Positions 57,914-64,000 of a DNA stretch of 64,000 nucleotides are shown in pieces. The DNA is from Bacteroidota bacterium (GTDB taxonomy: Bacteria > Bacteroidota > Ignavibacteria > UBA10030): NCBI GenBank assembly GCA_035291905.1, contig DATDRF010000297.1:14-64013 (forward strand), in the 5' to 3' direction. Position 1 is the stretch's first letter; each line of letters begins with the position of its first letter. Under the pieces are notes generated by a model, which saw nothing but the letters and a program-made list of their open reading frames with translations, was not told the origin of the DNA and did not search any database. Both the position numbers and the translations under genes were made by a program.

Positions 57914-58834
57914 TTATTCCCTGATATTATCCAACCGACGGATGGTTAACGGTAACTCGTCTTCCTGTCCAACAATCGACAGGTTCGGAATCTTCTTCAG
58001 CTGCGGGGAGACTTCTGCAAGACTGCCCGGAACCGTGATCTTCTTCTTCCTGTCGACTAAGTGTTTTAGCTGAAATCCGTTTACCGCCGAATGTGCATTC
58101 GGATCGTTGTGAAAGACAACGAAGGTCTTCCTCACTGAGCGTTGCACGGATTCAATCCGTTTGACAAAATCTTCAAGCTCTTCCGGTGAATAATTGTAAT
58201 GATACCGCTCCTGGACTCCGCCCCTGTCCCACGAGGCGCTGTTTCTCCCCATCAGCCGGAAGTACGCCACGTCATCCCATGCCTCGTTCGTCATCGGCAT
58301 ATGGTTCTTGATTGCGGGAAGATCGACATTGATCAGGTGAAGGTTCTGATCCCGCAGGAACTGAAACGCCTCCGCATGGTTCCATGAATCGTGCCGCAGC
58401 TCGATGAACATGACGAATGATCCAAATGTTACACCGAGTTTCTTCAGGTACTCTTCGTTTGGCTTTGTGCGCTGGAAGGAATGAGGGAACTGAAGAACCA
58501 GTCCTCCCATCACTCCTGCCTTGAGCAGCGGTTCAAGCATGGCGTGAACCGTTTTTGCATCTTCGGCCGTCCCGTTTCTCTTGTGCGTAAAAGCCTGAAA
58601 GAGCTTCGCCGTGAAAACGAAATTCTGGTTGCCCGAAACGTCCGCTATCCAACGGCGGATCTGATCCGGGCTCAAAGCCAGCGTGTAGAACGTGGCGTTG
58701 ACCTCCACCATGTCAAAGAACCGGCTGTAGTACTGGAGCTTCCGGAATCCTTTTCCTGCGTCGGCAGGATAGAACGTTCCCTCAAACGAGGGCAGCATCC
58801 AACCTCCCATCCCGATCAAAATTTCCGGCTTCAT
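57914..58834 (-). CDS. DUF72 (UPF0759) family protein
   Basis: IGMGGW...FYP...LQYYSRFFDMVEVNATFY pattern typical of DUF72. Confidence 0.75.
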   Translation of the reverse strand: MKPEILIGMGGWMLPSFEGTFYPADAGKGFRKLQYYSRFFDMVEVNATFYTLALSPDQIRRWIADVSGNQNFVFTAKLFQAFTHKRNGTAEDAKTVHAMLEPLLKAGVMGGLVLQFPHSFQRTKPNEEYLKKLGVTFGSFVMFIELRHDSWNHAEAFQFLRDQNLHLINVDLPAIKNHMPMTNEAWDDVAYFRLMGRNSASWDRGGVQERYHYNYSPEELEDFVKRIESVQRSVRKTFVVFHNDPNAHSAVNGFQLKHLVDRKKKITVPGSLAEVSPQLKKIPNLSIVGQEDELPLTIRRLDNIRE

Positions 58835-58840
58835 ACGATC

Positions 58841-61783
58841 CTAGGATCGAATCTCTTTGAGGTACACAACCGCGGGCTGTGTATTCAGTTCCTCCAGCAC
58901 GCGATATCCACGAACCTTTTGGGCGTCGCGGATCCTGTTAACCTGACTCTGAGGATCTTTTAAGTCGCCGAAGACGATTGCCTGTGCAGGGCATGACTGC
59001 TGGCATGCAGTCGTGATCTCTCCGTCGCGAACCGGCCTTCCTTCAGCTTTGGCATTCGCCTTTGCCTCGACAACACGTTGAACGCAGAAGGTGCATTTCT
59101 CCATCACACCTTTCGTTCGAACAGTTACGTCCGGGTTCAATTGCCAATTCAGCGGTTCTGGAAATTCGTAGTCGAACCAGTTGAACCTGCGAACCTTGTA
59201 TGGACAGTTGTTGGCGCAATATCTCGTCCCGATGCATCGATTGTAGACCTGAGCGTTCAAACCCTCGGGGGAGTGGTACGATGCGTAGACGGGGCAGACA
59301 GGTTCACAAGGGGCGTTATCACATTGCTGACACATCATCGGAAGGAATTCTGCCTTGGGTGAATACGGTTCCGACGGATTAGAGGGGGGATCATCGAAGT
59401 ACCTCTCGACGCGGATCCAGGTAAGCTCACGCCCGATTTCCACCTGATGTTTTCCGACAACAGGGACGTTGTTCTCCGCATAGCACGCAGTCACGCATGC
59501 GCTGCATCCCGTACACTTGTCGAGATCGATTGCCATTCCCCAACGATGGTCCGGATGCTCGTGCGCCGGATAGAGGGAAGGAGATTCTTTTTCCTCATTC
59601 TCTTTGCCGGCAAGCTCCCTTGTTTGCCGAAGCAGCTCCTCGACGGTGACAACCTGAACGATGTTTCTTCCATGGAGATAATCGCTTCCGGCCACATCGG
59701 CAAGAGGAACACTCGCATCCCGTTTGACGATTCGAACCTGTGCACCCGACCATTTCAAGGACCCCGAGCGCCCTGCAGGCAGGGAATGCAGCAAGCTGAT
59801 GACGTTTGCTCCCTGGCCTTTTGCGTATCGGCCGTATTCGGTGTGGCCCTGTCCGATGGGAACAGCCACCGCACCTGGTCGAACACCGTGATAGACATAC
59901 ACGGGGAGTTCAATGACACCATGCTCACTTGTGAGCTGTACGATGTCCCCGCGCTTTACATTGAGCTTTTCCGCATCACTGGGATGAATCTCCACCCAGT
60001 TCTCCCAGGTTATCTGAGTCATCGGATCGGGCAGTTCCTGGAGCCACGGTCTGTTCGCTCCGCGACCATCATAAAGAGCGAGTGAGGGGTAGGTAATGAG
60101 TGAGAAATCACCGGCCGGAGGTTGTGGCAAAGAGAACGAGAACGATCGCGTCACGGCACGGATCGGCGAAGATGCCTTTCGACCGGCATCAAAAACTCCT
60201 CCGTTTGCCAGTGCCTCTGTCCACCAGAGGTCGAAGTCCTTACCTCCTCCGGATTGACGGTGAACCGCACGCCATCTCGTTTTGAGATACTCATAAAAGG
60301 GCTGACGAGCGGAGGAGAAGAGGGCCTTCTTCAAGATCTTCTCCTTGAGGCCGACGACGATATCCCCGAACATGCGTGTTGTCGGAAACACCGGCTGCAT
60401 GACCGGTTGCATAAGTCCCCGCCCATGATCTCCCCAGCTCTCAAGCGGCGTATGAACGGGGAGAACCATCGTGGCCTGCGTTGTCGTCTCATCCATGTAA
60501 CTTGAGAATGCAACCGACAGCGGCACCTTGCTCATTGCATGCAGAACGTTCAATCCGGGAGGGGCGGAGAAGACAGGATTCACGTCGGTAAAGAAGAGGG
60601 CGTTGATTTCGCCCTGTTCTATTGAAAGAATAAAGCGGGCGAAGTCGGCATAGGAATTTGTGTCGGACAGTTGTTCGAGGGAGTCGAAAAGAACCGTCTT
60701 ACCGATATTTCCGAGCGAGTAGTTCAGCAGATTCACTGCAAGACAGGTCTGAAGCTCCCCGTCACCGCCAACGGGAGTCCCACCGGCGACGATGAGGCTT
60801 GGTCTTGAGGCAAGCAATGATTCGGCGAGATCTTCTAACACCTCTTGCCGGACGCCGGTGACTTCAGAAACCCTTGCCGGAGAGTATCCACGGGTTGACG
60901 GCAAGAGTTCCGCGGCTTCGGACCGCGGGATGGAAGCATTTCCGCTTTCGAGAACAAGATTGAGGATACCAAGTGCGAGGACGTACTCCGTTCCGGGCAC
61001 CGGGGCAATCCACTGGTCGGTGTTGGCCGCCGTCATTGAGAGTCGGGGGCCGACATAGACGGACCGTCGAACGGACTTGCCGTTGAACGCACGCGCTGTT
61101 GTGTACTCTCGTGTCTGTTTCAGTGGGGAAAGCCAGGTCTCGAGGAAATCGGCTCCGAACGAGACGATCATCTTCGCTGCGGCAAAATCATGAGAGGGGA
61201 TAACGGGCCGTCCGAATATCTGCCGATTTGCCTCTTTCACAGCATCGTACGAAAACGGCTCATACTTCAATCGCCGCCTTGAACCGACGGCCGCGAGTAA
61301 CTCACCCACGAGGGCATCAGCTGATCCGTTCATCGACCCGGTCAGCCAGGCGATGCTGTTGCCTTTTCCACTCTTTGCCAGTTTCTTGATCTCTGCAACG
61401 ATTGTCTCTTCGGCCTGCTGCCATGAAACCTGCTCCCACGAACCGTCAGGTCGTTTGCGAAGAGGGTGTTGAATCCGATCCGGATTGTAGAGACCGTGCA
61501 GGGATGCCTGACCTCGTGCACAGAGGGTTCCCTCGTTGACGGGATGAAGCGGGTTCCCTTCAACCTTGACGGCCCTTCCTTCTCTCACGCGTACGCGGAT
61601 TCCGCAGCCCGCGGGACATTCGCGGCATACGCTTGCGTACCACACTGCCTTTCCCGGAATGATCTCTTCATGGGGAATGACGTACGGTATCAACGATTGC
61701 GGCTTCTTCGGGGTGCATCCCGGAAGTGCCGTCGCAACGCTTGCGCCGATGATTTTGAGGAAATCTCTACGTTGGAGGTCCAT
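58841..61783 (-). CDS. actB: Alternative complex III subunit ActB (molybdopterin-oxidoreductase-like domain fused to a 4Fe-4S ferredoxin domain; Tat signal)
   Basis: Tat motif RRDFLK. MopB-like N-terminal 700 aa. C-terminal Cys clusters (CTGCSACVTAC, CQQCDNAPCEPVCPV, CIGTRYCANNCP, CTFC). 980 aa. Confidence 0.85.
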   Translation of the reverse strand: MDLQRRDFLKIIGASVATALPGCTPKKPQSLIPYVIPHEEIIPGKAVWYASVCRECPAGCGIRVRVREGRAVKVEGNPLHPVNEGTLCARGQASLHGLYNPDRIQHPLRKRPDGSWEQVSWQQAEETIVAEIKKLAKSGKGNSIAWLTGSMNGSADALVGELLAAVGSRRRLKYEPFSYDAVKEANRQIFGRPVIPSHDFAAAKMIVSFGADFLETWLSPLKQTREYTTARAFNGKSVRRSVYVGPRLSMTAANTDQWIAPVPGTEYVLALGILNLVLESGNASIPRSEAAELLPSTRGYSPARVSEVTGVRQEVLEDLAESLLASRPSLIVAGGTPVGGDGELQTCLAVNLLNYSLGNIGKTVLFDSLEQLSDTNSYADFARFILSIEQGEINALFFTDVNPVFSAPPGLNVLHAMSKVPLSVAFSSYMDETTTQATMVLPVHTPLESWGDHGRGLMQPVMQPVFPTTRMFGDIVVGLKEKILKKALFSSARQPFYEYLKTRWRAVHRQSGGGKDFDLWWTEALANGGVFDAGRKASSPIRAVTRSFSFSLPQPPAGDFSLITYPSLALYDGRGANRPWLQELPDPMTQITWENWVEIHPSDAEKLNVKRGDIVQLTSEHGVIELPVYVYHGVRPGAVAVPIGQGHTEYGRYAKGQGANVISLLHSLPAGRSGSLKWSGAQVRIVKRDASVPLADVAGSDYLHGRNIVQVVTVEELLRQTRELAGKENEEKESPSLYPAHEHPDHRWGMAIDLDKCTGCSACVTACYAENNVPVVGKHQVEIGRELTWIRVERYFDDPPSNPSEPYSPKAEFLPMMCQQCDNAPCEPVCPVYASYHSPEGLNAQVYNRCIGTRYCANNCPYKVRRFNWFDYEFPEPLNWQLNPDVTVRTKGVMEKCTFCVQRVVEAKANAKAEGRPVRDGEITTACQQSCPAQAIVFGDLKDPQSQVNRIRDAQKVRGYRVLEELNTQPAVVYLKEIRS

Positions 61784-61827
61784 GAAAAACAGTTGTCGGT
61801 GATCAGTTATCAGTAAACAGTTGAAGC

Positions 61828-62343
61828 TCAGCGTTTCTTCGCGGACTTCAGAATTGACTCAATTTGCTTCAAATGGTTCACGTCGTGGCCGGCGTAAAGT
61901 TCGGTCATGCGCGTAACGGTTTCTTTACCGCGTTCAACATGCATGCCAAAGCATTCCCACTGCTCCTTCGTCAACGATTTCAGAAAAGCCACATTGTTTT
62001 CGCGGAGCGTCGTGAAAAGATCAAGTGCGAGCTTTGCGTTTTTGCGAAGGTATCCTGCATTTTGCTGCCAAATATTCTGGTCGTATGCCTGAATAGGTGT
62101 GCCGTTCGCACCAACGACGAGCCTGAGCCGATAAGCCATGACAATCTCACCTTCGGCCAAATGAGCAAGGATTTGCACAATGGACCATTTTCCGGAATCC
62201 TCCACCTTGGAGAGGGCAGAGGGCGGTTTTCCTTTTATCAGCCGTGCAATGGTCTTTGGCGTGGATTCAAGGACTTTCAGGTGGTTCTGGCCCTGGACGT
62301 AAGAGGTGATGCGGGCGCTGTACTGTTGCGGAGTTTCTTCCAC
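61828..62343 (-). CDS. DinB_2 / YfiT-like four-helix-bundle metalloprotein family member
   Basis: 171 aa. His-containing helices (ILAHLAEGE, YAGHDVNHL) typical of the DinB_2 superfamily. Inserted between actA and actB. Confidence 0.5.
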   Translation of the reverse strand: MEETPQQYSARITSYVQGQNHLKVLESTPKTIARLIKGKPPSALSKVEDSGKWSIVQILAHLAEGEIVMAYRLRLVVGANGTPIQAYDQNIWQQNAGYLRKNAKLALDLFTTLRENNVAFLKSLTKEQWECFGMHVERGKETVTRMTELYAGHDVNHLKQIESILKSAKKR

Positions 62344-62360
62344 CGGTCACCTTGGTTAAG

Positions 62361-62409
62361 GAGTTAGGAGCTAGCTAGAACCTAGAATCTAGAATTTAGA
62401 ATCTAGAAT
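62361..62409. repeat. 7-bp periodic repeat (CTAGAAT-type, about 7 units) at the 3' end of the second four-helix-bundle gene
   Basis: gttagga|gctagct|agaacct|agaatct|agaattt|agaatct|agaatgg. Confidence 0.85.
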
Positions 62410-62769
62410 GGCTCGAGAGTAAGAACGCAATAGTTTGCTTACTTCCGTGAGAGAGTCCATGAGAGCTGATGGATCTCCGTATTTTAGGTCGCGACTGAGT
62501 ATCAAATAATAGAGAGATTCATCGCTTGAACCCTCGCTGATATTCATGTATCGAACCTTATCAGCAGGGCCGCGTTTTCGAAATCCCTCAGCAATGTTGG
62601 CAGCGATTGAAACTGCCGCCCGCCGAAGCTGCGAACTGAGGCCGAACATTTCGTGCTTCGGGAAGCTCTTCGTGTACTTATAGACCCCTAGAACAAAGCT
62701 ATGAGCCTTCTGCCAAACGATGAGATCCTCAAACCTCTGTGCGGGACTCCTTTTCATTTTTCCCCCCAA
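62389..62769 (-). CDS. Four-helix-bundle protein (TIGR02436 family), second copy, inserted between actA and the dinB-like gene
   Basis: Family motif QLRRAAVSIAANIAEGFRKR. Leader CTTTTGGGGGGA-AAAATG is shared with the copy at 53779..54177. Confidence 0.8.
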   Translation of the reverse strand: MGGKMKRSPAQRFEDLIVWQKAHSFVLGVYKYTKSFPKHEMFGLSSQLRRAAVSIAANIAEGFRKRGPADKVRYMNISEGSSDESLYYLILSRDLKYGDPSALMDSLTEVSKLLRSYSRAILDSKF

Positions 62770-62785
62770 AAGATAGTTTGTTGAA

Positions 62786-62826
62786 AGAATTCTAGCTACT
62801 AGTTTCTAACTCCTCTGTTCTGCTTC
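62786..62826. repeat. 7-bp periodic TTCTNNN repeat, an inverted counterpart of the 62361..62409 repeat, flanking the other side of the four-helix-bundle gene
   Basis: gaattct|agctact|agtttct|aactcct|ctgttct|gcttcta. The reverse complement contains GAGTTAGAA...CTAGTAGCTAGAA, resembling the left-flank GAGTTAGGAGCTAGCTAGAA. Confidence 0.7.
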
Positions 62827-63347
62827 TACCGATGACACGTATAGCAATCAATACTCGCCTTGTTTTCCCGATGGCAATCTACGCAAAACGTCATATTGTT
62901 CAACCCTACGAACGGTTTCACCTCTGACATCGACGCGACGTCACCGTGGCATTTTGCGCAATCGATACCTTTGGCGATATGGGGAGCGTGATTGAAGAAC
63001 ACAAAATCGGCAACGCGGTTCACTTTCATCCAACGGATCGGCTGACGGGATTCCCACGCCTGCCGGATCTTGATCACTTCCGGTTTCGTTGCGGCCACGA
63101 GCTGGTGGCAACCCATGCAGGCCTGGACCGAAGGGACGTAGGCGTTGGCCCCACGCCGCGCTCCGCTGTGGCAATACTGACAGTTGATCTGATACGTACC
63201 CGCGTGGATCGCATGGCTGAATGCAATCGGCTGACGAGGGCCTGTCTCCTGACGTTCACAGCCCGCAAGCGTGATTGCCCCAACAATGAGGAGAAAGGTC
63301 AGCCCATACGCAATGCGAATTGACGTTCCCATGCCTGTGATTCTCAT
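62826..63347 (-). CDS. actA: Alternative complex III subunit ActA (pentaheme cytochrome c)
   Basis: Five CxxCH motifs (CQYCHSG, CMGCHQ, CAKCHGD, CVDCHRE, CYTCHR). Signal-anchor start probably MRITGMGTS at about 63347. Confidence 0.8.
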   Translation of the reverse strand: MRITGMGTSIRIAYGLTFLLIVGAITLAGCERQETGPRQPIAFSHAIHAGTYQINCQYCHSGARRGANAYVPSVQACMGCHQLVAATKPEVIKIRQAWESRQPIRWMKVNRVADFVFFNHAPHIAKGIDCAKCHGDVASMSEVKPFVGLNNMTFCVDCHRENKASIDCYTCHR

Positions 63348-63991
63348 TTCGCTCTTAACGCGACAAGCTCTGCAGAATTCCACGGTGTCCGCACCCCATG
63401 CTGGGAACGCAAGGCAGCTACATCCTCCGGTTTGGCCGGGGGTTCGTTGTTTCCCCATGTCGACCGAATGTGACTCACCACGGCTGCAATCTCTTCATCG
63501 CTGAGTTTATCATGGAAGGGAGGCATTTTGTTGTTGAACGAAGCCCCATTGACCGCTATAGGTCCTTCAAGCCCGTAGAGAACAACGCGAATCGGAGTCG
63601 TGACATCGCGCGTCACCCACTCTGATCCGACAAGCGGAGGATACTGTCCGGCAACCCCTTGCCCGTTTGCCTGATGACATGTTTGACACACACCGATAAA
63701 GATCTGATCACCCTTGACGACCCTGGCCGCCGGGGTCGCGGTTCCGACAGACGGCTGTTCGACCTCGTGCGCCACGGTGCTCCACGATCCTCCGTAACGG
63801 CCCAAATAGTACCCCATTGCGAAGAGGAGGAGCACGCTGATGGTCCATACCCACCACGGTGGCGGCTCAAAGCCCTCTTCCGGTTCCAGCTGCTCACGCG
63901 AAACGATGCGGTGATGGATCTCGTTCACATGAACCGAGTCGGAATCGCGGAATTCTTCGGGAGATTGAGGTTTTGGGTGTTCCTTAGACAT
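63344..63991 (-). CDS. Membrane-anchored monoheme class I cytochrome c
   Basis: One TM helix (WWVWTISVLLLFAMGYYL) followed by CQTCH and a distal Met region. Confidence 0.6.
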   Translation of the reverse strand: MSKEHPKPQSPEEFRDSDSVHVNEIHHRIVSREQLEPEEGFEPPPWWVWTISVLLLFAMGYYLGRYGGSWSTVAHEVEQPSVGTATPAARVVKGDQIFIGVCQTCHQANGQGVAGQYPPLVGSEWVTRDVTTPIRVVLYGLEGPIAVNGASFNNKMPPFHDKLSDEEIAAVVSHIRSTWGNNEPPAKPEDVAALRSQHGVRTPWNSAELVALRAK

Positions 63992-64000
63992 GTGTGGTCG

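Noticed and set aside
62389-62769. Four-helix-bundle proteins as HEPN-type nucleases
   Set aside because: No Rx4-6H motif is present in either copy. The conserved motif is QLxRAAxSIxxNIAEG, so a nuclease role cannot be supported from the sequence.

Overview
This 64-kb window is chromosomal DNA of roughly 55% GC, apparently from an FCB-group bacterium (Bacteroidota, Ignavibacteriota or Chlorobiota-like). Supporting this: a T9SS C-terminal sorting domain on a subtilase, gliding-type gldA/F/G ABC genes, three tandem SurA/PpiD-like chaperone genes, and an alternative complex III (ACIII, actABCDEF) respiratory cluster. Most genes are ordinary housekeeping or envelope functions: pta, a Lon-like protease, a K+ channel, a Kef-type antiporter, typA, mfd, a CDF transporter, GH35, MoxR/VWA, and a P1B-ATPase. 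There are no tRNA or rRNA genes, CRISPR arrays, transposases or integrases.

The most unusual locus is a tightly overlapping four-gene minus-strand cassette at 41654..46018. It encodes an ImuA/SulA-like degenerate RecA-fold protein, a 92-aa small ORF, a Pol II (family B) paralog whose exonuclease motifs and polymerase motif C appear degenerate, and a SplB-like radical-SAM 'DNA repair photolyase' gene that carries a 1-nt frameshift inside its CxxxCxxC motif. The cassette is preceded by a 26-bp near-perfect palindrome sitting between a TTGACA-N17-TATTGT promoter. It looks like a damage-inducible mutagenesis or repair cassette of an architecture I do not recognise as characterised.

Other notable points:
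- The ACIII operon is split by five inserted genes: two four-helix-bundle (TIGR02436-like) genes, a DinB_2-like gene, a DUF72 gene and a SulP gene.
- The two four-helix-bundle genes share a conserved leader and are flanked by 7-bp-periodic repeats.
- A heptanucleotide tandem repeat array of about 17 units lies in the promoter region of a hydrolase gene.
- A serine beta-lactamase-like domain is fused to a VanX-type D-Ala-D-Ala dipeptidase.
- The Lon-like protease has a Walker-A Lys-to-Arg substitution.
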